A program made the translations under genes and the position numbers. The notes under the pieces were generated by a model, which saw only the letters and a program-made list of their open reading frames with translations, did not search any database and was not told the origin of the DNA. Below are positions 43,994-53,696 of a stretch of DNA of 64,000 bases, in pieces. Each line of letters opens with the position of its first letter. Position 1 is the first letter of the stretch. Source of the stretch: Rhizobiaceae bacterium (GTDB taxonomy: Bacteria > Pseudomonadota > Alphaproteobacteria > Rhizobiales > Rhizobiaceae); the NCBI GenBank assembly GCA_019635755.1, contig JAHBYW010000002.1:627591-691590 (forward strand), given 5' to 3'.

Positions 43994-44731
43994 CTAGCGC
44001 AGGTCGGAGCTGTAGTGCAGCGTCGCCGTGAGGCAGCGCGAGACACGCAGTTCCACCGGCCGGTCTTCGAGGTCGTGCGCGACGCGGTGGATCTCAAGCA
44101 GCGGCGTTCCCGGCGCGCAGGACAGCTCGCCCGCGTCCGCCGGCGTTGCGGCGCCAGCCTTCAGCTTCTCGCTGGCGCCGGCGATGGTGATGCCCCAGCG
44201 TTCCGAATAGAGCCGGTAGACGTTGTTCGGCACGCCGGGGAGGGCCTCGAAGCCGGCGAACCGCTCGGCCGACAGCGTGATGGTCTCGACGATCGCCGGC
44301 CGGCCCGCGAGCGTCCGCACGCGCTCGATGCGGATGACCGGCGCGGCTTCCGAAAGCTCCAGGTCGGCCCGCTCGGCCGCCGTCGCCACGTCCCGGTCGA
44401 CGCGCAGGACGCGCGACTCCGGGAATGTCGGCTCGCCCTGGTCGGGCACCAGCCGGAAGAACTGGAAGAGGATGCGGCTCTCCTCCGGCGCCGCGACGAA
44501 CGTGCCGCGGCCCTGGCGCCGGATCAGCAGCTTCTCGGCCGTCATGACGTCCAGCGCCTTGCGGATCGTGCCCTGGCTGACGCCGAGCTCGCGCGCGAGG
44601 TCGACCTCCGAGGGGATCAACTGCCCGGGTTGCCAGCTGCCCTCGATCAGCCGCCTGACGAGGCTCTCGCGGACCTGCGCGTAAAGCGGCCGGTAGGCGA
44701 ACCCCGCCGACCGGGCAGTCTGTGCCATCAT
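43994..44731 (-). CDS. GntR-family transcriptional regulator (HutC/UTRA subfamily).
   Basis: 245 aa. The N-terminal wHTH is LIPSEVDLARELGVSQGTIRKAL, followed by a C-terminal UTRA effector domain. It is divergent from the uxaA-like operon. Confidence 0.8.
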   Translation of the reverse strand: MMAQTARSAGFAYRPLYAQVRESLVRRLIEGSWQPGQLIPSEVDLARELGVSQGTIRKALDVMTAEKLLIRRQGRGTFVAAPEESRILFQFFRLVPDQGEPTFPESRVLRVDRDVATAAERADLELSEAAPVIRIERVRTLAGRPAIVETITLSAERFAGFEALPGVPNNVYRLYSERWGITIAGASEKLKAGAATPADAGELSCAPGTPLLEIHRVAHDLEDRPVELRVSRCLTATLHYSSDLR

Positions 44732-44803
44732 GTTGTTCCCGCCTTGGAATTTCCGCGCGTTTCTAGCGACGCGGCGTTGACTTGAAAAGGTCCGCTATCT
44801 TAT

Positions 44804-44817
44804 GTCTTATATAAGAC
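44804..44817. promoter_or_regulatory. Palindromic operator GTCTTATATAAGAC in the GntR/uxaA divergent promoter region.
   Basis: Perfect 14-nt palindrome. It is paralogous to the site at 34940-34952. Confidence 0.55.
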
Positions 44818-44851
44818 TCTGCCGCCTGGCGGCTCCTGTTTCGAGCTGACG

Positions 44852-45139
44852 ATGACCGCTCCGCACCTTCTCGTTCACGACCATGAGGACAATGTCGGCG
44901 TCGTGGTGGTCGAGGGGCTGAGGGCCGGAACGCGGATGCTGGGCGTGGTGACCGCCGACAATTCCAGCTTTGAATTGGTCGCCGCGGCGGACGTGCCGAT
45001 CGGCCACAAGGTGGCGCTCCGGAAGATCGCGAGCGGCGACACCGCCATCAAGTATGGCGAGGACATCGGCCGCTTTGTCGCCGACGTGGGGATGGGGGAC
45101 CATGTCCATGTCCACAATCTGAAGACGAAGCGCTGGTGA
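44852..45139 (+). CDS. UxaA-family hydrolyase, small N-terminal (SAF-domain) subunit (altronate/galactarate dehydratase type).
   Basis: 95 aa SAF domain, followed 52 nt later by the large subunit. The split two-gene form is known for this family. Confidence 0.7.
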   Translation: MTAPHLLVHDHEDNVGVVVVEGLRAGTRMLGVVTADNSSFELVAAADVPIGHKVALRKIASGDTAIKYGEDIGRFVADVGMGDHVHVHNLKTKRW

Positions 45140-45191
45140 GCGCGGGGCGCGGAGCGGCACCTCCGCGCCTCCGCCACGCGGGGAGACGGGC

Positions 45192-46373
45192 ATGGCCTCG
45201 AAGTACGCCAACATGACCTTCCGGGGCTACCGGCGCGAGAACGGCCGGGTCGGCGTGCGCAACCATGTGGTCATCCTCCCCGTGGACGACATTTCGAACG
45301 CCGCCTGCGAGGCCGTCGCCAACAACATCAAGGGCACGATGGCGCTGCCGCACGCCTATGGCCGGCTGCAGTTCGGCGAGGACCTCGACCTGCATTTCCG
45401 CACCATGATCGGCACGGGCGCGAACCCCAACGTGGCCGCCTGCGTCGTCATCGGCATCGAGCCCGGCTGGACGCGGAAGATCGTCGACGGCATCGCGGCG
45501 ACGGGCAAGCCGGTCGCGGGTTTCTCGATCGAGCAGAACGGCGACCTGAGGACGATCATGGACGCCAGCCGCAAGGCGAAGGACTTCGTCCACTACGCAT
45601 CGGAACTGCAGCGCGAGGAGTGCGCGATCTCGGAGCTGTGGGTCTCGACCAAATGCGGCGAGAGCGACACGACGACCGGGCTGGGCTCGTGCCCGACGGT
45701 CGGCAACATGTATGACAAGCTGCTGCCGGAGGGCATCTATGGCTGCTTCGGCGAGACGTCTGAGATCACCGGGGCCGAGCACATCTGCAAGGCGCGCGCG
45801 ATCGATCCCGAGGTCGGCGAGCGCTGGTACCGGATGTGGAAGGCCTATCAGGACGACGTGATCGAGGCGCACAAGACGAACGACCTCTCCGAAAGCCAGC
45901 CGACCAAGGGCAATATCGAGGGCGGGCTGACGACGATCGAGGAGAAGGCGCTGGGCAACCTGGAAAAGATCGGGCGGACGTCGCGCTACATCGACATTCT
46001 CGGACCTGCCGAGGAACCGAAATCGGGCAGGGGACTGTATTTCATGGACTCGTCGTCGGCGGCGGCCGAATGCGTGACGCTGATGGCCGCCGGCGGCTAT
46101 GTCGTCCACACGTTCCCGACCGGCCAGGGCAATGTGATCGGCAATCCGATCGTGCCGGTGATCAAGATCACGGCCAATCCGCGCACGGTGCGCACCATGG
46201 GCGAACATGTCGATGTCGACGTGTCCGGCATCCTGCGCCGCGAGATGACGATCGACGAGGCCGGCGACGCGCTGATCGACATGATCGTTCGCACGGCGAG
46301 CGGGCGGGCGACGGCGGCGGAAGCGCTGGGACACCGGGAATTCGTGATGACGAAGCTCTACCGGAGCGCGTGA
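45192..46373 (+). CDS. UxaA-family hydrolyase, large catalytic subunit.
   Basis: 393 aa. The Cys cluster for Fe-S/Mn binding is [16 protein letters not shown]...CFGE. Confidence 0.8.
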   Translation: MASKYANMTFRGYRRENGRVGVRNHVVILPVDDISNAACEAVANNIKGTMALPHAYGRLQFGEDLDLHFRTMIGTGANPNVAACVVIGIEPGWTRKIVDGIAATGKPVAGFSIEQNGDLRTIMDASRKAKDFVHYASELQREECAISELWVSTKCGESDTTTGLGSCPTVGNMYDKLLPEGIYGCFGETSEITGAEHICKARAIDPEVGERWYRMWKAYQDDVIEAHKTNDLSESQPTKGNIEGGLTTIEEKALGNLEKIGRTSRYIDILGPAEEPKSGRGLYFMDSSSAAAECVTLMAAGGYVVHTFPTGQGNVIGNPIVPVIKITANPRTVRTMGEHVDVDVSGILRREMTIDEAGDALIDMIVRTASGRATAAEALGHREFVMTKLYRSA

Positions 46374-46379
46374 GCGGGT

Positions 46380-46727
46380 TCAGTCGACGCTCGATTCCTT
46401 CGCAAGCACAAGGGCGGCTGCTTCAAGAGGTTCCAGGTGCTGGACACAGATCTCCCATAGGCTTTTATACTCTACGCGAAAGTAGACATGTCTGAGGATA
46501 TTGCCGATGTCTTCAATCTTTCGCCAGGGAACGTCGGGTCGTTGTGCCTTGAGCGCGGGCGAGAGGTGCCTTGCGGCTTCGCTGATGACGAGAATTGACA
46601 TGGACACCGCATTCCGGCGCATGCGGTCATGCAGGAAGCTCTGCTCGTCAATGCCCGTGAGGGTGATCCTGACATCCTCGATTGCGGTCAGGATATCGGC
46701 GAGTCGTAGGCTATCCAGGCGCGACAT
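46380..46727 (-). CDS. HepT-like (DUF86) RNase toxin of a type VII toxin-antitoxin pair.
   Basis: 115 aa. The R-x4-HxY motif region is ILRHVYFRVEY. It lies 6 nt downstream of the MNT gene and GC is about 55% against about 68% in flanking DNA. Confidence 0.7.
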   Translation of the reverse strand: MSRLDSLRLADILTAIEDVRITLTGIDEQSFLHDRMRRNAVSMSILVISEAARHLSPALKAQRPDVPWRKIEDIGNILRHVYFRVEYKSLWEICVQHLEPLEAAALVLAKESSVD

Positions 46728-46733
46728 GGACGA

Positions 46734-47069
46734 TCAGAAGACCTGCACAAGATCGACGGCAATCTCACGGCTGAAACGACTGTCGAGCGCGCCCGTCGTC
46801 ATGGGATATGTCTCAATGCCAAGCGTATCCGTGATGTCCAATCGTATTCCAGACAGGTCGATTAGAGACACCCTCGCGCCGGGGTCGATATCCACCAGCA
46901 AATCCAGATCGCTGTCCTCGCGATTGTCGCCGCGGGCGCGCGAGCCGAACATCTGCATGCGCGTGATGCCGCGGGCGCGCAGTTCCGGCTCCATCTCTCT
47001 CAGCTTCGCGATGATCTCGTCGCGGGTCATGGGCCTTGACCTGAATTCCAACCGACAATCGTCTATCAC
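46734..47069 (-). CDS. MNT-type nucleotidyltransferase antitoxin.
   Basis: 111 aa (or about 98 aa from MTRDEIIAKL). The GSxARG...D.DL nucleotidyltransferase motif is QMFGSRARGDNREDSDLDLLVD. Confidence 0.7.
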   Translation of the reverse strand: MIDDCRLEFRSRPMTRDEIIAKLREMEPELRARGITRMQMFGSRARGDNREDSDLDLLVDIDPGARVSLIDLSGIRLDITDTLGIETYPMTTGALDSRFSREIAVDLVQVF

Positions 47070-47108
47070 ATAGTGCCCAAGCAGCCAATTTCACGACCGT
47101 GAGGGGCC

Positions 47109-48038
47109 ATGCCCGACATCGTCATCTCCGAATTCATGGACGAGGCGGCCGTCGCGCGGCTCAATGCTCGGCATGACACGCTCTACAATCCGACGCTGGT
47201 GGACCGTCCGGCGGAGCTCTTTGCCCAACTGAGGGACGCGCGCGCGCTCATCGTGCGCAACCGCACCCGGGTCGGAGCCGATCTCCTGGACGTGGCGCGG
47301 ACCCTCAAATGCGTCGGACGGCTCGGCGTCGGGCTGGACAATATCGACCTGGCCGCGTGCAAGGCGCGAAACGTCACGGTCTTTCCCGCCACCGGCGCCA
47401 ACGACCTGTCGGTCGCCGAATACGTCATCACCGCGGCGATGCTGCTGCTGCGCAGCGCGTTTCTGTCGTCGGCGGATGTCGCGGCAGGAACATGGCCGCG
47501 GCAGAGACTGATCGGCCGCGAGCTTGCCGGCAGGACGATGGGCCTGGTCGGCTTCGGCGCGATCGCGCGCGAGGTCGGCTGGCGAGCCGCCGCGCTCGGC
47601 ATGAACGTCGTCGCGCACGATCCCTATTTGCTCGCCAGCGACACCGCCTGGCAGATGGTCCGGAATCTATCGCTCGACGGCCTGCTGGAGCATTCCGATG
47701 TGGTGTCGATGCACGTTCCGCTGACGGATGCCACTCGCGCCATGATCGGCGCCCGCCAGCTTTCGCTGATGAAGCCGGACGCCGTGCTGGTCAACGCCGC
47801 GCGCGGTGGCGTGGTGGACGAGGCAGCGCTTGCCGAGGCGCTGCGCGGCGGCCGCTTGGGTGGCGCGGCGCTCGATGTATTCGCCGAGGAGCCGCTGACG
47901 GCAGAAGCCGGCGCCAAGTTCGCCGGCATTCCGAACCTGATACTGACACCGCACATCGCCGGGGTGACGCAGGAATCCAATGTTCGTGTTTCCGACCTGA
48001 TCGCGGACCTCGTGCTGGCGCATCTGGAGAAGGCGTGA
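47109..48038 (+). CDS. D-isomer-specific 2-hydroxyacid dehydrogenase (PGDH/GyaR-like).
   Basis: 309 aa. NAD motif GLVGFGAIAREV, plus the catalytic Arg, Glu and His (TPHIAG). Confidence 0.8.
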   Translation: MPDIVISEFMDEAAVARLNARHDTLYNPTLVDRPAELFAQLRDARALIVRNRTRVGADLLDVARTLKCVGRLGVGLDNIDLAACKARNVTVFPATGANDLSVAEYVITAAMLLLRSAFLSSADVAAGTWPRQRLIGRELAGRTMGLVGFGAIAREVGWRAAALGMNVVAHDPYLLASDTAWQMVRNLSLDGLLEHSDVVSMHVPLTDATRAMIGARQLSLMKPDAVLVNAARGGVVDEAALAEALRGGRLGGAALDVFAEEPLTAEAGAKFAGIPNLILTPHIAGVTQESNVRVSDLIADLVLAHLEKA

Positions 48039-49042
48039 TGGCGGACACCGTCATTTCGGCGGCGCAGGCGCATGCCCTGATCTGCGCGGCGCTGACGGCC
48101 AGCCGCACCTCGACCGACAACGCCGTCTCGGTAGCGAATGCGCTGGTCGGCGCGGAACTGGTCGGGCAGGGTGGCCACGGGCTGCGACGCATCCTCGCCT
48201 ACGCCGCGCAGGCCAGTGCCGGCAAGGTCGACGGCTTCGCCACGCCGCGGGCGACGCGAAGCCGTCCGGCGGCGATCCATGTCGATGCGGCGCACGGCTT
48301 CGCCTATCCTGCCCTCGACCTGGCGGTCGCGGAACTCGCCCGCGTCGCGCCGGAACAGGGCATCGCGATTGCGGGCATCCGGCGTTCCCACCATGCCGGC
48401 GTCACCGGCCTTGCGGTCGAGGCGCTCGCCGAACAGGGCATGGTCGGCCTGATGATGTCCAACGCGCCGGCCGCCATGGCGCCTTGGGGCGGGAGCCGGC
48501 CGCTGTTCGGCACGAACCCGGTGGCGTTCGCGGCGCCGGCGCGGCAGGGACCGATCGTGATCGACGTGTCGCTGTCGAAGGTCGCCCGCGGCAAGATCAT
48601 GGCTGCTCGGCAGAAGGGCGAGCCGATCCCCGAGGGCTGGGCGCTCGATGCCGACGGCCGCCCCACCACCGACGCGCAAGCCGCGCTTTCTGGGACGATG
48701 CTGCCGCTCGGCGACGCCAAGGGCACCGCGCTCGCCCTGATGGTCGAACTGCTCGCGGCGGCGCTGACCGGGGCCAGCTTCTCCGCCGACCAGTCCTCCT
48801 TCTTCGATGACGACGGACCGCCGCCCGGCACCGGACAGCTCCTGATCGCGATTGATCCCAAGGCGTTCGGTGGGGTAAGAGCGGTCGCCCGGTTTTCGGA
48901 GATGGCCGAAACCATCGCCGCCATGCCGGGCGCACGGGTTCCGGGCGCAAGGCGCCGGGAACTCCGCGCCAAGCTGGCGCGCGACGGCATTCCGGTCGAC
49001 GCGGCGCTCATCGACGACATCAGGAAGATCGGCGCCGCCTAG
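48038..49042 (+). CDS. Ldh-family-2 oxidoreductase (malate / L-sulfolactate / ureidoglycolate dehydrogenase-like).
   Basis: The ATG at 48038 overlaps the upstream TGA. It is about 334 aa with the family motifs HHAGVTG and GTNPVAFAAP. Confidence 0.7.
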   Translation: MADTVISAAQAHALICAALTASRTSTDNAVSVANALVGAELVGQGGHGLRRILAYAAQASAGKVDGFATPRATRSRPAAIHVDAAHGFAYPALDLAVAELARVAPEQGIAIAGIRRSHHAGVTGLAVEALAEQGMVGLMMSNAPAAMAPWGGSRPLFGTNPVAFAAPARQGPIVIDVSLSKVARGKIMAARQKGEPIPEGWALDADGRPTTDAQAALSGTMLPLGDAKGTALALMVELLAAALTGASFSADQSSFFDDDGPPPGTGQLLIAIDPKAFGGVRAVARFSEMAETIAAMPGARVPGARRRELRAKLARDGIPVDAALIDDIRKIGAA

Positions 49043-49062
49043 CGCCGCACGGAGGCGCGACA

Positions 49063-50520
49063 ATGCTCCAGAAGACCAGCCATTTCATGCGGCAGGCCAA
49101 TCTCATCAACGGCGAGTGGGTCCAGGCCGATTCCGGCGCGACGATCGACGTCACCAACCCGGCCACCGGGCTGAAGCTCGGGACGGTGCCGAAATCCGGC
49201 AAGGCCGAGACGCGCCGCGCCATCGAGGCGGCCGAATCGGCGTTCCAGACCTGGCGCAAGACCTCGGCGCTGGAGCGCTCGAATCTTCTGCGCAAGCTGC
49301 ATCAGGCGATCATGGACAACCAGCAGCCGCTGGCCGAGCTTCTGACGTCCGAGCAGGGCAAGTCGCTGACCGAGGCGAAGGGCGAGGTCGCGATCTCGGC
49401 CGCCTACGTGCTCTGGTTCGCCGAGGAGGCGCGGCGCACCTATGGCGACGTCGTTCCCTCGCCGTGGCGCGACCGGCGCATCCTGGTGACCAAGGAGCCG
49501 ACCGGCGTGGTCGCAGCCATCGCGCCGTGGAACTTCCCGTCCTCGATGCTGTCCCGCAAGATCGCGCCGGCGCTGGCTGCCGGCTGCACGGCCGTCGTCA
49601 AGCCCGCCTCGCAGACGCCCTATTCGGGCCTCGCCTGGGGCGTGCTCTGCGACGAGGTGGGCTTCCCCAAGGGCACCGTCAACGTCATCACCGGCTCGGC
49701 CGGCGAGATCGGCGACGAGCTCTGCGGCAACCCGCTGGTCAAGAAGCTGACCTTTACCGGCTCGACAGAGGTCGGCAAGATGCTGATGGCGAAGTGCGCC
49801 GCCACCGTGAAGAAGGTGTCGATGGAACTGGGCGGCAACGCGCCCTTCATCGTCTTCGACGACGCCGACATCGACCGCGCCGTCGAGGGCGCGATGGTCG
49901 CCAAGTACCGCAATTCGGGCCAGACCTGCGTCTGCACCAACCGCTTCTTCGTGCAGGAAGGCGTCTACGACACGTTCGTCGAGAAGCTCGCCGCCGCCTC
50001 GGACAAGCTCAAGGTCGGCCCTGGCCTCGAGGAAGGCACCCAGCAGGGGCCGCTGATCGACGAGAAGGCGGTCGAGAAGGTCGAGGAACTGATCGCTGAC
50101 GCCACGTCGAAGGGCGGCAAGGTCGTCACCGGCGGCAAGCGCCACAAGCTCGGCGGGTCGTTCTTCGAGCCGACCGTCATCGCAGGCGCCAGGCCGGAGA
50201 TGAAGTTCATGAAGGAGGAGATCTTCGGCCCGGTCGCGCCGGTCTTCCCCTTCAAGACCGAGGAAGAGGCCGTGGCGCTCGCCAACGACACCGAGTTCGG
50301 CCTTGCCAGCTATTTCTACACGCGCGACCTCGGCCGCACGGTGCGGATGATGGAAGCGCTGAAATACGGCATGGTCGGCGTCAACGAGGGCCTGATCACC
50401 ACCGTCGAAGCGCCGTTCGGCGGCGTGAAGGAGTCCGGTGTCGGGCGCGAGGGCGGCCACCAGGGCATCGAGGACTATCTCGACACCAAATATGTCTGCA
50501 TCGGCGGGCTGGGCGCCTAG
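49063..50520 (+). CDS. NAD(P)-dependent aldehyde dehydrogenase (succinate-semialdehyde / 2,5-dioxovalerate dehydrogenase-like).
   Basis: 485 aa. Catalytic ELGGNAP and the active-site Cys in GQTCVCTNR. Confidence 0.85.
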   Translation: MLQKTSHFMRQANLINGEWVQADSGATIDVTNPATGLKLGTVPKSGKAETRRAIEAAESAFQTWRKTSALERSNLLRKLHQAIMDNQQPLAELLTSEQGKSLTEAKGEVAISAAYVLWFAEEARRTYGDVVPSPWRDRRILVTKEPTGVVAAIAPWNFPSSMLSRKIAPALAAGCTAVVKPASQTPYSGLAWGVLCDEVGFPKGTVNVITGSAGEIGDELCGNPLVKKLTFTGSTEVGKMLMAKCAATVKKVSMELGGNAPFIVFDDADIDRAVEGAMVAKYRNSGQTCVCTNRFFVQEGVYDTFVEKLAAASDKLKVGPGLEEGTQQGPLIDEKAVEKVEELIADATSKGGKVVTGGKRHKLGGSFFEPTVIAGARPEMKFMKEEIFGPVAPVFPFKTEEEAVALANDTEFGLASYFYTRDLGRTVRMMEALKYGMVGVNEGLITTVEAPFGGVKESGVGREGGHQGIEDYLDTKYVCIGGLGA

Positions 50521-50559
50521 CCTGCCCGGCCGATCCGGCCGGGGACCGGGGAGGGATCG

Positions 50560-51582
50560 ATGGATGGGGAAGGCGAGGTTTTCGGCACGTCGCCGGAGGG
50601 GAAACCCGTCCATCGGCATCGGATCGCGGCCGGCGGGCTGACGGCCGACATCATGACGTGGGGCGCGGCGGTGCAGGATCTGCGCCTCGCCGGGCACGAC
50701 GCGCCGCTGGTGCTGGGCTTCGACCGCTTCGAGGACTACCCGCCGCATGCGCCCTATTTCGGCGCGACCGCCGGCCGCTATGCCAACCGCATCCGTGACG
50801 GGCGCTTCACGATCGACGGCGAGCGCGTCCAGGTGGACACCAACTTCCTCGGCAAGCACATGCTGCATGGCGGTGCGATGGGCTTCGGGCGGCATGTCTG
50901 GTCCGTCGGCCGGCGTGGAGCCGACTTCATCGAGCTGACCTTGCGCAGCCCGGACGGCGACATGGGCTTTCCGGGCACGCTCGACGCGACGTGCACCTAC
51001 CGCATCGCCGCGCCCGGCACGCTGGCGGTCGAGCTGTCGGCGACCGCCGACCGGCCGACGCTCTGCAACCTCGCGCATCATTCCTATTTCAATCTGGACG
51101 ATGGCGGCGCCGGCACGATCCTCGACCATCGGCTGATGCTGGCGGCGGGAGCGTACCTGCCGGTCGACGAGGAACTGATCCCGACCGGCGTCGTGCAGCC
51201 GGTCGACGGCACGCCGTTCGACTTCCGCATCGCTCGGCCCATCCGCCACGAGGCGAGCGGCACGCAGACGATCTACGACCACAATTTCTGCTTCGGCGCC
51301 CAGCGCGGCCCGCTGCGGCAACTGGTATGGGCGCAGGGTGCCGTCTCCGGCGTCGAGATGGAGGTCTGGTCGACGGAGCCAGGCGTGCAGTTCTACGCCG
51401 GGCACAATGTCGCGCGGTCGGTGCCGGGTCTGGGCGGCCGGACCTATCGGGCGTGGGCCGGCTTCTGCATGGAGCCGCAGGTCTGGCCGGACTCGCCCAA
51501 CCGTCCGTATTTCCCGCAGGCGGTGCTGCGGCCGGGCGAGGTCTATCGGCAGCAGACGGAATACCGCTTCAAGCAGGCGTGA
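50560..51582 (+). CDS. Aldose 1-epimerase (galactose mutarotase family).
   Basis: 340 aa with the family motifs NRIRDGRFTIDG, HHSYFNL and CMEPQ. Confidence 0.8.
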   Translation: MDGEGEVFGTSPEGKPVHRHRIAAGGLTADIMTWGAAVQDLRLAGHDAPLVLGFDRFEDYPPHAPYFGATAGRYANRIRDGRFTIDGERVQVDTNFLGKHMLHGGAMGFGRHVWSVGRRGADFIELTLRSPDGDMGFPGTLDATCTYRIAAPGTLAVELSATADRPTLCNLAHHSYFNLDDGGAGTILDHRLMLAAGAYLPVDEELIPTGVVQPVDGTPFDFRIARPIRHEASGTQTIYDHNFCFGAQRGPLRQLVWAQGAVSGVEMEVWSTEPGVQFYAGHNVARSVPGLGGRTYRAWAGFCMEPQVWPDSPNRPYFPQAVLRPGEVYRQQTEYRFKQA

Positions 51583-51612
51583 CCGGGATCGTCCCGGACA
51601 GGGAGACCAAGG

Positions 51613-52074
51613 ATGAGCCACGCGGCCCGTGACGCCATCGAAAGGGCGTTCCGCTGTCTCCAGCAGCGCGACCGCGACGGCCTGCTCGGCTGCTTCGCGC
51701 CCGATGCACTGCTGTTCGATCCGCACTATCCGCAGCCGCTGATGAGAGGCACGGCGGAGATCGCGGAAGGCATCGACTGGGGCCTCAAGGGCGTGAAGCG
51801 CTTCGGCTTCACCGTCGTCAACTATTTCGGCTCCGAGGACGGCACGTCCTGCTGCGTCGAATGCGACACCAACCACACGCTGGCGGTCGGTGGCGATCTC
51901 CATTTTCCGCAGGTCTTCATCGTCGAGACGAGGGGCGGCCTGATCTCGCGGCTGCAGGCCTATGAGCCCTATGGGCCGAACGGCATCGGCGGGGCATTTC
52001 TCGGCTTTGAGCGGCTGAAGCGGCGTCTGGCCGGCAAGCGGGCGCATACGGGCTTCGCCCAGGTCGGCGGCTGA
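51613..52074 (+). CDS. SnoaL-like / NTF2-fold small protein (ketosteroid-isomerase-like).
   Basis: 153 aa. The N-terminal RAFRCLQQRDRDGLLGCFAPDALLFDP is typical of NTF2-like proteins. Confidence 0.5.
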   Translation: MSHAARDAIERAFRCLQQRDRDGLLGCFAPDALLFDPHYPQPLMRGTAEIAEGIDWGLKGVKRFGFTVVNYFGSEDGTSCCVECDTNHTLAVGGDLHFPQVFIVETRGGLISRLQAYEPYGPNGIGGAFLGFERLKRRLAGKRAHTGFAQVGG

Positions 52075-52111
52075 ACCGCCGCGACGGTCCAACCCGAGCG
52101 ACGAACGAGGG

Positions 52112-53557
52112 TCAGCGGCGCTCTGGAGGCGGCTGCATCGGTCGGCGGGGGTGGGCCGCTTCGGCCTCCAGTTCGCGAAGGGCCGGCCGGTCGATGTTCA
52201 GGAGCGCTGCCAGTTCCTCTTCGAGGTCGGGCATCGCAAGTTCGTCCGGATGCGGCTCGGCAGGGGGAGGCGGCGCGGGCGGCACGTCCGGCGCGGCGTT
52301 GACGGGCTCGACGTGGACGGGTTCGCCGAGGAGAGATTCGGCGGGGCCAGGTTCGGCGGAGACCGGCTCGAGAAACGCGGGTGGCTGCGGGCGCATGGGC
52401 GGCCGCTGGTCGGCCGCGACAGGCATTGGCTCGGGCATCGGCTCGGGCCTAGGCCCAGGCATCGGCCCAGGCCTCGACCCAGGAACCGGCTCCGACTCGG
52501 GGGCGACGATGGGCACTGGCGCCGCCGCCTGTCGCTCCGGCTGCCGGGGCGGAGGCGGCTCGGCCGCGGCGGGCGGTGCCACTGGCGTTTCCGCGGCCTG
52601 GGCGGGCGCCGGCGCGGTCGCCTGGGCGGCCTGGCCCGCGAAGGCGTCGCGCAGCACGCCGAACGGGGCCAGCGCGCCGCGCACGCGCACCACGGCGCCG
52701 GCCACCCGGTGGGCCCGCTCGGCTGCCTCGGCCGGCTGGCTGCCGCTCAGGCGTGCGGCGAGATAGGCGCCGTTGAAGGAATCTCCCGCGCCGGTCGTGT
52801 CCACCGCGTCGCGAACCGTCAGGGCCGGCACCATGTCGGACTTGCCCATGAACCAGGTCATTGCGGGGCGGTCGCCGTTCTTGACGACGATCTCGCGCAC
52901 GCCGGCCAGCTGCATGCGGGCGACCGTCGCCGCCTGGTCGCTGTCGCCGTAGAGGTCGCGCTCGTCCGGAAAGGTGGGCAGCACGATGTCGGAGACGCGC
53001 AGCGCCTCGTCGATCGCGGCGCGCGCGACGGCCGGCTCGGGCCACAGCCGGGCCCGGTAGTTGGGGTCGAACGCGATGATCGCGCCGGCGGCCCGCGCGT
53101 TGCGGATCGCCTTCAGCAGCACCGCGCGGGCGACCATTTCGAGGATGGCCAGCGTGATGCCGGAGAAATAGACGAAGGCGCGGTTCTCGAGGCTCTTGGC
53201 AAGCAGCGTCGGGTCCGCCGCAAGCTTCCGCGCCGCCGAATCCGACCGCCAGTAGGTGAACGAGCGCTCGGCGCCGTCGAGGGTGATCGCGTAGAGGCCG
53301 GGCCGCGCGCCGGCGATGACCGGGCTCTCGGCGACGCCGATGCCCACCTGGGTCATGAAGGCGATCTGCCCGCGCGAGAAGGGGTCATCGCCGAAGGCGG
53401 AGACGTAGTCGGTCGGTCGCGCCGGATTGGTCAGCGCGCGGATCGTCCACAGCGTGTTGAACGTGTCGCCGGCAAAGCCCATCTGCCACGAATTGTCCTG
53501 TCCCCCGGACAATTCGAGCATGCATTCGCCGACCGACGCGATCCCCCTGAGCGCCAT
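52112..53557 (-). CDS. kdgK: 2-dehydro-3-deoxygluconokinase (PfkB family) fused in frame to an approximately 170-aa proline-rich repetitive C-terminal tail.
   Basis: The first about 300 aa are KdgK-like (IASVGECMLELS...DTTGAGDSFNGAYLA). The ORF continues with PEPMPEPMPGPRPGPMPGP-type low-complexity sequence and an acidic helical end. The DNA shows about 12-nt tandem repeats at about 52380-52520. Confidence 0.7.
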   Translation of the reverse strand: MALRGIASVGECMLELSGGQDNSWQMGFAGDTFNTLWTIRALTNPARPTDYVSAFGDDPFSRGQIAFMTQVGIGVAESPVIAGARPGLYAITLDGAERSFTYWRSDSAARKLAADPTLLAKSLENRAFVYFSGITLAILEMVARAVLLKAIRNARAAGAIIAFDPNYRARLWPEPAVARAAIDEALRVSDIVLPTFPDERDLYGDSDQAATVARMQLAGVREIVVKNGDRPAMTWFMGKSDMVPALTVRDAVDTTGAGDSFNGAYLAARLSGSQPAEAAERAHRVAGAVVRVRGALAPFGVLRDAFAGQAAQATAPAPAQAAETPVAPPAAAEPPPPRQPERQAAAPVPIVAPESEPVPGSRPGPMPGPRPEPMPEPMPVAADQRPPMRPQPPAFLEPVSAEPGPAESLLGEPVHVEPVNAAPDVPPAPPPPAEPHPDELAMPDLEEELAALLNIDRPALRELEAEAAHPRRPMQPPPERR

Positions 53558-53696
53558 GATTCCTCATACTCCAGCTTCGGTCTACACTCACGCGCGGGCG
53601 CGGCCAACAGGATCGGTGCGATTGCCCCAGATTGATGCTTGACCTTCCAGCAACTGGAAACATTACGTCCCGGGGAACGAACAGGAACGAGAGCGA

